The notes under the pieces are model-generated. The model worked only from the letters and a program-made list of their open reading frames with translations, was not told the origin of the DNA and ran no database searches. Shown piece after piece: positions 19,103-27,145 of a stretch of 64,000 nucleotides of DNA (the stretch's first letter is position 1; every line of letters begins with the position of its first letter). Made by a program: the position numbers and the translations under genes. The stretch is from an uncultured Clostridia bacterium (GTDB taxonomy: Bacteria > Bacillota > Clostridia > Oscillospirales > Acutalibacteraceae), in NCBI GenBank assembly GCA_944384705.1, contig CALWUI010000003.1, positions 1,544 to 65,543 of the forward strand. The letters are read 5' to 3'.

Positions 19103-20434
19103 ATGGAAGAATTACCGCTTTATAGTGCATTAAAAAAACAAGAAAAACTAAGTCGAATATCATTTCACACCCCTGGGCACAAAAACAATAGTAAATTTCA
19201 GGCAATAGATTTCTTTAAGCTAGACTACACAGAACTTCCTGGAACAGACAGTTTATATGACGCACACACGGTTATTAAAAAATCAGAAGAACTAATGTCT
19301 AAGCTTTTTGAATCAAAACAGACGATTTTTTCAGCTGGAGGGTGTACATTATGTATCCAAGCAATGCTGAAATTAGCATTGCCATATGGAGGAAAAATAA
19401 TTGCATCCAGAATGATACATAAAAGCGCAGTTAACACGATGGCAATTTTAAATGCTAAAGTTAAGTGGGTAATTCCTAATATAAACCAAAGTTCTGGGCA
19501 ATTTGAGCAAGTTGATACGGCTGAGATAGAGAAGGCTCTGTTTTATAATAGGGATGCTTCATGTGTTTATGTAACTAGTCCAGATTATTTTGGCAAAATT
19601 GCAGATATAAAAAGTATTGCGAAAGTTTGCAAATCATATAATGTTTCACTAATTGTCGATAATGCTCATGGTACGCATTTAAAATTTTTACCTAAAGATA
19701 TTCATCCAATAACGTTAGGGGCAGATATCGTAGCGGATTCGGCACATAAAACCTTGCCGGTGTTAACGGGTGGTGCGCTTTTACATATTGCAAACAAAAA
19801 GTATATCTCAAAAGCAAAAGAATCCATGGCTATATTTGGCTCAACTAGCCCTTCTTATCCTATAATGGCATCACTAGACGTTTGTAGAGATTGGTTAAGT
19901 AAAAATGGAAGAGAGGCTTATTCAAAACTTGAAAAAAACATTTTAAAAATAAAGGATGTAGCATTAAAAAAATGTATTTTGGATGATTTTGAAAATGTTG
20001 ATCCTATAAGACTTTCTTTAAATACAGCCAAAGTTGGTGTGCTGGGGATAGATGCTGCTGAATATTTTAGAAAAAATGAAGTGGAACCTGAGCTTGCCGA
20101 CAGAGACCGAGTAGTATTTATTGCTACGCCGTTGAATTCTGACGATGATTTAGCAAAGTTAAAAAGTTTGATTATAAATTTTTCATCAAATAAAGCTATC
20201 AAAAATTATATTCCTATTTTTGAAGAGCCTATTGTAGCAAAAACACTACATGAAGCAATGTTTAGTCAATCGGAAAAAATTAGTTCTGCTAATTCAGTAG
20301 GAAGGATTTGTGCTAGTACAGTTTGTCCATGCCCTCCGGGAATTCCAATATTGGTACCAGGAGAAGTTATTACTGAAAATTCTGTCCAAAATTTGTTGCA
20401 CTATGGAATTCTTTCAATAGATGTGATAAAATAA
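19103..20434 (+). CDS. Orn/Lys/Arg decarboxylase family PLP enzyme (YaaO-like)
   Basis: 443 aa. FHTPGHK N-terminal motif and PLP-lysine region DSAHKTLP. Sits in the yaaO position of the yaaO-darA-holB-ricT synteny. Confidence 0.85.
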   Translation: MEELPLYSALKKQEKLSRISFHTPGHKNNSKFQAIDFFKLDYTELPGTDSLYDAHTVIKKSEELMSKLFESKQTIFSAGGCTLCIQAMLKLALPYGGKIIASRMIHKSAVNTMAILNAKVKWVIPNINQSSGQFEQVDTAEIEKALFYNRDASCVYVTSPDYFGKIADIKSIAKVCKSYNVSLIVDNAHGTHLKFLPKDIHPITLGADIVADSAHKTLPVLTGGALLHIANKKYISKAKESMAIFGSTSPSYPIMASLDVCRDWLSKNGREAYSKLEKNILKIKDVALKKCILDDFENVDPIRLSLNTAKVGVLGIDAAEYFRKNEVEPELADRDRVVFIATPLNSDDDLAKLKSLIINFSSNKAIKNYIPIFEEPIVAKTLHEAMFSQSEKISSANSVGRICASTVCPCPPGIPILVPGEVITENSVQNLLHYGILSIDVIK

Positions 20435-20457
20435 ATTTATAAATCTTATTCCGTAGG

Positions 20458-20790
20458 GTGATTGCTTTGAAATTAGTCCTTTCTATTATAAATAGTGACG
20501 ATGCCAGTGCGGTATCTGATGCGCTTACTGATAACGGTTTTTCTGTTACTAAACTTTCTACAACTGGTGGTTTTTTAAAAGTTGGAAATACTACTTTCAT
20601 TACAGGAGTTGCGGACGATCGCGTAGATGACGTTATAAAAATTATCAAAAGTAAAAGCAACAAACGTAAACAGAGTGTTCCTAGTGCTACGCCATTTGAA
20701 GCAGAAATGTATAGTACTATCCCGTTTGAAATTACTGTGGGTGGTGCAACTGTGTTTGTGTTAAATGTGGATCGATTTGAAAAACTTTAG
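20458..20790 (+). CDS. darA: cyclic-di-AMP receptor, PII-like (DarA/PstA)
   Basis: Strong resemblance to B. subtilis DarA (VTKLSTTGGFLKVGNTTF..., EITVGGATVFVL.V..FEK). The real start is probably the TTG at 20467 (MKLVLSII). Confidence 0.85.
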   Translation: MIALKLVLSIINSDDASAVSDALTDNGFSVTKLSTTGGFLKVGNTTFITGVADDRVDDVIKIIKSKSNKRKQSVPSATPFEAEMYSTIPFEITVGGATVFVLNVDRFEKL

Positions 20791-20803
20791 GTAGATTATT
20801 GTT

Positions 20804-21796
20804 ATGAACTTTAAAAATTTTGTCGGGAATGATTCTATAAAAAAACAATTACTGCCGCTGTTTTTACAAAATAAAATTTCTCATGCTATTATATTAGTGG
20901 GAGAAAAAGGGCTGGGAAAGAAAACCTTCGCAAAGATAGTTGCTCAAAGACTTATATGCTCGAGTGTAACGGATAATAATCCTTGCGAAAATTGTCTAAA
21001 TTGCAAAAAAATAGAAAATAATGTCCACCCCGATGTTATATACCCTGAAAAAAGTGGTACTTTGCAAAGCTATAGCATTGCGACAATAAGAAAAATTCGA
21101 TTGGATGCATATATTGCACCAAATGAAGCGAACAAAAAAATTTATATATTTTCTAATATTGATAATATGGGGATTCCTGCACAAAATGCTTTGCTCAAAA
21201 TTTTAGAAGAACCGCCTAAGAATGTATTTTTTATACTCACTTGTATTTCTTTGTCGAATATTTTGCCCACCGTTTGCTCTAGAGTACAGCAGTTTTCGTT
21301 AGATCGTGTAGATATTTTAGATTTACAAAATTATTTATTAAAGAGATATCCTGAAAAATCTGAAGAAAATTTAAAAAAAATCGCAGAAATTTCTCAAGGA
21401 AACATCGGTTTGGCCAATGATTTGCTTGCCTCTGCTGACTTTGAAGCTTTGATATATGAAACAAAAAAAATTATATTAGCTTTATGTTCGGCTAAAGAAT
21501 TCGATCTGATTGAGGCTGTTGGGAAAATTTCTGAAAATAGAAAAGATTTTTTGATTGGTCTGGATTTTTTACTTAATATTTTTAGAGAGAGTATGATTTT
21601 ATCGGTAAACGAAGATTTTGATGGAGATAATGTCTGTGTAAAGAGAATATCAGAGACTTTTTCAACAAAACAAATTTTAAATTTGCTTGACGTTATTTCT
21701 AAAACTAAAAATTATATAGATAAGAACGTGAATATGTCTATTTTATCAACATATTTTGCTTCTAGTGTGTTTAGTGAAGCGTATAGAAAAAATTAA
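20804..21796 (+). CDS. holB: DNA polymerase III delta' subunit
   Basis: AAA+ clamp-loader fold (HAIILVGEKGLGK), Zn module CENCLNC, SRVQ motif (TVCSRVQQF). Confidence 0.85.
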   Translation: MNFKNFVGNDSIKKQLLPLFLQNKISHAIILVGEKGLGKKTFAKIVAQRLICSSVTDNNPCENCLNCKKIENNVHPDVIYPEKSGTLQSYSIATIRKIRLDAYIAPNEANKKIYIFSNIDNMGIPAQNALLKILEEPPKNVFFILTCISLSNILPTVCSRVQQFSLDRVDILDLQNYLLKRYPEKSEENLKKIAEISQGNIGLANDLLASADFEALIYETKKIILALCSAKEFDLIEAVGKISENRKDFLIGLDFLLNIFRESMILSVNEDFDGDNVCVKRISETFSTKQILNLLDVISKTKNYIDKNVNMSILSTYFASSVFSEAYRKN

Positions 21797-21814
21797 AAAG
21801 CATAAGGAGGACAA

Positions 21815-22678
21815 ATGGCTGAGATTGTAGGTATCAGATTTAAAGAAGTTGGAAAGATTTTTTATTTTTTGTCCACTAAACAAAAGTTTAATATTAATGA
21901 CTTTGCTATTGTGGAATCTACAAAAGGCTTAGACTGTGGCAGAGTAGTGGTGGTTAAAGAAAAACTAAATGATATCAAATTAGAAAAAAATTTAAAAAAA
22001 GTTGTAAGAAAAGCAGAATTTAAAGATATTGAACGTTTAAAAAAATTAAAAGAAAAAGAAAATCGTGCAGCAAAAATTTTTAATGAGAAGATTCGCAAAC
22101 ATAGGCTTAATATGAAACTTATTCAAGTAGAGTATACGTTTGATGGAAGTAAGATCCTATTTTATTTTACTTCAAATAGCCGTATTGATTTTAGAAATTT
22201 GGTTAAAGATTTAGCTAGCATTTTTAAAACTCGTATAGAACTCAGGCAAGTTGGAGTTCGAGACGAAGCTAAATCTCTGGGTGGATTGGGAATATGTGGC
22301 AAGCCTTTTTGCTGTTCTACTTTTTTGGACGAATTTCATCAAGTTTCGATAAAAATGGCTAAAGAACAAGGATTATCCCTAAACCCTGTAAAAATTTCTG
22401 GAACCTGTGGTCGTTTGATGTGCTGCTTGAATTTTGAACAAAAAGCTTATGAGGACTTGCTAAAAAAAGCTCCTAAAATAGGTGCTATTGTTGAAACTCC
22501 AAAAGGGATCGGGACTGTTGTTGAGCAAAATCTTTTAATTGGTTCACTAAGAATTCGTTTGGATTCACTTCCGCAAGCAGTTCCAGTTACATTTAATTTG
22601 AATGACGTGAAAATTATTAAGGATGCAAAAATTTGTGTTGATGAGAAGGAAATAAACAAGTTTAAAAATTTGGAGTAA
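21815..22678 (+). CDS. ricT: PSP1-domain protein RicT (YaaT)
   Basis: PSP1 C-terminal domain with conserved Cys clusters (GICGKPFCCSTF, GTCGRLMCCLNFE). Follows holB, as in Bacillus. Confidence 0.85.
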   Translation: MAEIVGIRFKEVGKIFYFLSTKQKFNINDFAIVESTKGLDCGRVVVVKEKLNDIKLEKNLKKVVRKAEFKDIERLKKLKEKENRAAKIFNEKIRKHRLNMKLIQVEYTFDGSKILFYFTSNSRIDFRNLVKDLASIFKTRIELRQVGVRDEAKSLGGLGICGKPFCCSTFLDEFHQVSIKMAKEQGLSLNPVKISGTCGRLMCCLNFEQKAYEDLLKKAPKIGAIVETPKGIGTVVEQNLLIGSLRIRLDSLPQAVPVTFNLNDVKIIKDAKICVDEKEINKFKNLE

Positions 22679-22839
22679 TTTATTTGTTTGAAATTTTTTT
22701 ATAATCATGCTAAGATTATTACATTATACTGTTTTGAGGAGAGGATGTTTTTGAAAAATAATTCTAATGAATTTTTTGGTAATAAACTTTCTAATTCTTA
22801 TTTAAAAGATATTTCTGCGTGAAAAGGAGGAAATGATAA

Positions 22840-23010
22840 ATGCCTTATAAAATTAATAATGATTGTATTTCTTGTGGTGTCTGTGCTGAGGAATGCCCTG
22901 TAGATGCTATTTCTGTTGGCGATGGTAAGTATGTAATCGACCCAAATCTTTGTATATCTTGCGGGGCATGTGCTGCAATTTGCCCCGTTGGAGCGCCTTC
23001 TCAAGAGTAG
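22840..23010 (+). CDS. fdx: 2x[4Fe-4S] clostridial-type ferredoxin (56 aa; below the ORF-track length cutoff)
   Basis: Translated by hand: MPYKINNDCISCGVCAEECPVDAISVGDGKYVIDPNLCISCGACAAICPVGAPSQE*. Two CxxCxxCxxxCP motifs. GGAGG at 22826-22830, 9 nt before the ATG. Confidence 0.88.
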   Translation: MPYKINNDCISCGVCAEECPVDAISVGDGKYVIDPNLCISCGACAAICPVGAPSQE

Positions 23011-23111
23011 ATATTTATTTTTAATGCATGAGGCGAGCTATAACTGTTGCGTTGTGATAGTTTGGCTCGCTTATCTAGTTAATTTTTATGATACCAATAA
23101 GAACATAATAA

Positions 23112-23203
23112 GCTGCGGCCGCACGATTTTTAATCGTGCTAGTTGTCAGAAAACGGTTTCTGGCAACTACCGCGGTTTGAATAACAAACCGCATGGCCGC
23201 AGC
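23112..23203 (+). ncRNA. unclassified cloverleaf-like four-way-junction RNA structure between the ferredoxin gene and the methyltransferase gene
   Basis: Hand-paired. Closing helix 23112-23120/23195-23203 (9 bp GCUGCGGCC/GGCCGCAGC). Hairpins at 23121-23139 (6 bp), 23140-23169 (13 bp including a U-G wobble valid only on the + strand) and 23172-23192 (7 bp). Very GC-rich compared with its surroundings. Confidence 0.45.
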
Positions 23204-23250
23204 CTAGATTTGAGTATAGTTTCTTTAGAAGAAAAAAGGAAGGATAAAAT

Positions 23251-23988
23251 TTGTTGTTCCCAGGAGAAAAAATAGAAAAATTATCATCTAAAGTAAAAGT
23301 GATTATTTCAAAAGAATATACATTTGGTACGGATACTTTAATTTTAGCAAATTTTTCTCTGCCGAAAAAGCATGAAATAGCTGTTGATATTGGAACGGGT
23401 TGCGGGGCGATTCCATTATATTGGTTTAGTTTGACAGAAATAAACAAGATTTTTGCAATAGATATCCAAAAAAAAGCTTGCGACCAGTTGAAAAGATCTT
23501 TAAAAATTAGCGATATAGAAGATAAAATAGAAGTTATAAATAAAAGTATTAAAAGTGATATTCCGCAAATTTTGCGACATAGTTGTGATTTAGTTGTATG
23601 CAATCCTCCTTATAAAGCTATTGGAAGTGGCATTGGTAGCAAAACTACTGAAAGGCTCCTTGCAAGACACGAACAAGAGTGTACAATTGATGATATTGTA
23701 AAAAGTGCAGAAAAATTTTTGAATTTTTGGGGCAGACTTTGTATGTGCCATAGAGTTGAGCGTTTATGCGACGTGATCGAAATTATGAGGGAACACAAGA
23801 TAGAACCTAAAAAAATTCGTTTTGTTCAACAGAGAAAAAATTCTCCTTCAAAGTTATTTTTAATAGAGGGCAAAAAGGGCGCAAAGCCAGGGTTAGTTGC
23901 CCTCCCAACACTTTTGATTGAAGATGAATGCGGAAAATTATCTGCTGAAATGAATCAGATTTATAAATGCTATGGAGAAAAATTATGA
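23251..23988 (+). CDS. SAM-dependent N6-adenine methyltransferase, YabB/TrmN6-like (tRNA m6A37 type)
   Basis: SAM-binding DIGTGCGAI motif and catalytic VCNPPY motif. Sits in the yabB position upstream of rsmI. TTG start. Confidence 0.8.
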   Translation: MLFPGEKIEKLSSKVKVIISKEYTFGTDTLILANFSLPKKHEIAVDIGTGCGAIPLYWFSLTEINKIFAIDIQKKACDQLKRSLKISDIEDKIEVINKSIKSDIPQILRHSCDLVVCNPPYKAIGSGIGSKTTERLLARHEQECTIDDIVKSAEKFLNFWGRLCMCHRVERLCDVIEIMREHKIEPKKIRFVQQRKNSPSKLFLIEGKKGAKPGLVALPTLLIEDECGKLSAEMNQIYKCYGEKL

Positions 23989-24818
23989 TCGGAAAGTTAA
24001 TATTGGTAGCAACACCAATAGGCAATCTTTTAGATATTTCTGCAAGAGCTATAGAAACTTTAAAAATTGCAGATTTTATCGCTGCAGAGGATACTCGCGT
24101 AACAGTAAGACTTTTGAATTATTTTGATATAAAAAAACCTCTAATAAGCTATTTTGAACACAATAAAAATAGTAAGGGAAAGTATATTATAGATAGAATT
24201 TTAAAAGGAGAGACATGTGCGCTTGTAAGTGATGCCGGCATGCCGGCTATTTCTGATCCTGGAGAAGACCTTGTTAGGGAGTGCTACAAAAAAAATATAG
24301 AAGTTTCTATTGTTCCTGGAGCTTGTGCCTTTGTTTCTGCGCTTGTAATATCTGGGCTACCTACTGGAAGATTTACATTTGAAGGTTTTTTGAGTGTAAA
24401 TAAAAAAAATAGATTTTCTCATCTTGAATCTTTAAAAAATGAACCGCGAACAATGATATTTTATGAGGCTCCGCACAAATTATTGAGAACTTTAAAGGAT
24501 TTTTATAAATTTTTTGGTAATCGAAAAATTTCAATTGTACATGAAATTACAAAAATTCATGAGGGAGTCTTATTAACTACACTCAAAGAGGCGTCAAGAA
24601 TTTATGGAAATAAAGTTATTAAAGGAGAATTTGTCTTAGTTCTTGAAGGCTACAAAAATGATAAATCTTTGGCTCAAGAAGTAAATTTAGAAACAGCAGT
24701 AAAAATGGCACAACCATTGTTAAAAGAAGGCTGTGCCATATCGGATGCCGCTAAACAGATTTCTAAAATTACAGGTTTTAGAAAAAGCGATATTTATAAG
24801 GGACTTCTAAAAGGGTAA
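23985..24818 (+). CDS. rsmI: 16S rRNA (cytidine1402-2'-O)-methyltransferase RsmI
   Basis: Tetrapyrrole-methylase fold (LILVATPIGNLLDIS, AEDTR, SDAGMPAISDPG). The ATG at 23985 overlaps the upstream stop as ATGA. Confidence 0.9.
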   Translation: MIGKLILVATPIGNLLDISARAIETLKIADFIAAEDTRVTVRLLNYFDIKKPLISYFEHNKNSKGKYIIDRILKGETCALVSDAGMPAISDPGEDLVRECYKKNIEVSIVPGACAFVSALVISGLPTGRFTFEGFLSVNKKNRFSHLESLKNEPRTMIFYEAPHKLLRTLKDFYKFFGNRKISIVHEITKIHEGVLLTTLKEASRIYGNKVIKGEFVLVLEGYKNDKSLAQEVNLETAVKMAQPLLKEGCAISDAAKQISKITGFRKSDIYKGLLKG

Positions 24819-24874
24819 ATAAAAAAAGTCCTATCGCTTTATTTTAGCGGCATAGTAATATTATAAAACTTGCG

Positions 24875-24906
24875 CACTAATTTTGCAAGACAAAATTAGT
24901 GTTTTT
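24875..24906 (+). terminator. intrinsic terminator after rsmI
   Basis: 11-bp hairpin CACTAATTTTG-CAAGA-CAAAATTAGTG followed by TTTTT. Confidence 0.7.
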
Positions 24907-24951
24907 AAGTGCCATTATTTTCTAGTAAAATAGTTGCATGAGGTGAGTTTT

Positions 24952-25158
24952 ATGTTGACAATAGAAAAAGGGCATGATTCAATATCTAAAACGTTTAGAT
25001 TACCTATAGACTTGGTAAATGAGATGGAAAAAATTGCAGATAATAATAAAATTTCATTGAATAACTTGGTTATTCAATGTTTGGAGTATGCTGTAGCACA
25101 TATTGAGCCAAATGATAAAAAGAATATGAGCATTGATTCTTTTAAAAATAAAAAATGA
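24952..25158 (+). CDS. small ribbon-helix-helix (CopG/Arc-like) protein, orphan
   Basis: 68 aa from the ATG at 24952 (GAGGTGAG RBS). KTFRLPIDLVNEMEKIADNNKISLNNLVIQCLEYAV fits a beta-strand/helix/helix RHH pattern. Confidence 0.5.
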   Translation: MLTIEKGHDSISKTFRLPIDLVNEMEKIADNNKISLNNLVIQCLEYAVAHIEPNDKKNMSIDSFKNKK

Positions 25159-25272
25159 TAAAAATAATTAATTGATTTTGCTATTATGAAATAACTTTAA
25201 TTTTTTGTATGCATATCATAGTTACTGATAAAAAGAGTTAAGCTATGTAAATATTTTTAAGAAGGTGCTTTT

Positions 25273-26160
25273 ATGGTTGGCTTTGATATGCTTATGCGCG
25301 AGGATTTTATTGGAGACCTTCGCAACAAATATAAATTTATAGAGTATAATATTGTTGGAAAAAGTCTCTGTGGTCGAGATATAGGCTGTTTAAAAATTGG
25401 AAGTTCAAAAGAGCCAGTACTTTTTGCGGCAGCCTTTCATGGTATGGAATGGTTAACTAGCTTATTAGTGCTAACTTTTGTTAAAAATTTGTGTAAAGCT
25501 ATTTATGATAATAAATTTATAAATCATTTAGATATTAAAACGGCATTGAATAAAAATGGTTTGATAGTTGTTCCTTGCGTTAATCCAGATGGAGTAGAAA
25601 TCTCTATCAATGGAGCTAAGACTGCAGGAGAATACAAAGATTTAGTTACAAAGATCGCGAATTATGACAGTACAGATTCATGGCAAGCAAATGCTCGAGG
25701 AGTAGACTTAAATCACAATTTTAATGCTAACTGGGAGCAACTTCACCAGTTAGAAGAAAAAAATAGCATAGTCGGCCCTGCACCTACCAGATACGGTGGA
25801 GAGAATCCAGAAAGTGAGCCAGAGACAAAAGCATTGATCAAGCTCTGCAAAAATATAAATTTTAGACACGTTGTTGCTTTTCATAGTCAAGGGGAAGAAA
25901 TTTATTGGAATTTTGGCGAAAAAACGCCAGAAAAATCTAAAAAGATAGCAGAATCGATGGCAAAACTTAGTGGATATAAAATTTCTTCACCAGAAGGGTT
26001 AGCCGTTGGAGGAGGCTTTAAAGATTGGTTTATACAAGAATTTGGCCGTCCAGGTTTTACTGTAGAAATAGGAAGAGGTAAAAATCCACTTCCACTAGGC
26101 GATATTGAAGATATTTATAAAAAAATTGAAAATATGCTACTTTACTGCTGTATTATTTAA
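25273..26160 (+). CDS. M14 family zinc carboxypeptidase (gamma-D-glutamyl-diamino-acid endopeptidase-like)
   Basis: Zn ligand motif FHGMEW and NPDG, DLNHNF, FHSQGE motifs typical of M14 peptidoglycan peptidases. Confidence 0.8.
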   Translation: MVGFDMLMREDFIGDLRNKYKFIEYNIVGKSLCGRDIGCLKIGSSKEPVLFAAAFHGMEWLTSLLVLTFVKNLCKAIYDNKFINHLDIKTALNKNGLIVVPCVNPDGVEISINGAKTAGEYKDLVTKIANYDSTDSWQANARGVDLNHNFNANWEQLHQLEEKNSIVGPAPTRYGGENPESEPETKALIKLCKNINFRHVVAFHSQGEEIYWNFGEKTPEKSKKIAESMAKLSGYKISSPEGLAVGGGFKDWFIQEFGRPGFTVEIGRGKNPLPLGDIEDIYKKIENMLLYCCII

Positions 26161-26208
26161 CTAATTAATTACAAATCTTTTAAATTATCTTAAACTAAAA
26201 AATACTTT

Positions 26209-26991
26209 TTAAATATCACCTTTTACCTTATCAAGTGCATATTTTTCTAATCTAGATACTTGCGCTTGACTTATGCCTATTTCTGACGCTACTTCCATTT
26301 GAGTTTTTCCTGCTAAAAATCTCAGATTGAGAATTTTTTTTTCTCGTTCATCAAGTTTTGCAATAGATTCTTTCAGAACAATTTCATCTAACCAATTTGT
26401 TTCTTCATTCTTATTGCCAATTTGATCCATAACATAAATAGTGTCGCTGCCATCAGAAAAAACAGGCTCATAAAGAGATACAGGCTCCACAATAGATTCT
26501 AAAGCTACTACAAGGGTTTCTCTTTTAACATCTAATCTTTTGGCAATTTCGTCAATAGTTGGTTCGTGATTTGATTTTGCCATCAGCTGTTCTTTCATCT
26601 GCATGGCTTTATATGCAACATCCCTCATTGACCGGCTCACTCGTACAGAATTATTGTCTCTTAAATAACGTCTTATTTCTCCTATTATCATCGGAACACC
26701 ATAAGTTGAGAATTTCACATTAAGGTTAATATCAAAATTATCTATAGCCTTTATTAAGCCGATACAGCCTACTTGAAACAAATCGTCAAGATTTTCACCT
26801 CTATTTGTAAATCGTTGAATAACACTTAAAACGAGTCTTAAATTTCCATTTACCAAGGCTTCGCGAGCTTTTTTTCTTTCTTTTTTTGTTCCCGTTTGCA
26901 TTATTTTTAAAAGTTCAAGTTTTTCCTTTTCAGATAATACTTCTAACTTGGCCGTATTGACTCCACATATTTCCACTTTATTATATTGCAT
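26209..26991 (-). CDS. sigG: sporulation (forespore) sigma factor SigG
   Basis: Near-collinear with B. subtilis SigG (NKVEICGVNT.KL.VL, LVNGNLRLVLSVIQRF.NRGE..DDLFQVGCIGL.K.IDNFD....VKFSTY.VPMIIGEIRRYLRDNN..RVSRS.RD.AYKA). Confidence 0.85.
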   Translation of the reverse strand: MQYNKVEICGVNTAKLEVLSEKEKLELLKIMQTGTKKERKKAREALVNGNLRLVLSVIQRFTNRGENLDDLFQVGCIGLIKAIDNFDINLNVKFSTYGVPMIIGEIRRYLRDNNSVRVSRSMRDVAYKAMQMKEQLMAKSNHEPTIDEIAKRLDVKRETLVVALESIVEPVSLYEPVFSDGSDTIYVMDQIGNKNEETNWLDEIVLKESIAKLDEREKKILNLRFLAGKTQMEVASEIGISQAQVSRLEKYALDKVKGDI

Positions 26992-27145
26992 CTAATAAAG
27001 AACTCCCTTCAACTTTTATTTCTCCTTTAAATATAAGTATTGTCTTTTGAAGTTCTTTTAATGCAAATTTAAAAATAAAAAATAAAGTACAAATTAAACA
27101 ATCTTTTTGACTAAAAATAAATTTGTGATTTAGAATGTAAAAAAT

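Noticed and set aside
22745-22822. 25-aa ORF (MFLKNNSNEFFGNKLSNSYLKDISA*) between ricT and the ferredoxin gene.
   Set aside because: The GAGGAGAGG motif abuts the ATG with essentially no spacer. The peptide is low-complexity and AT-driven, and nothing supports it beyond an open frame.
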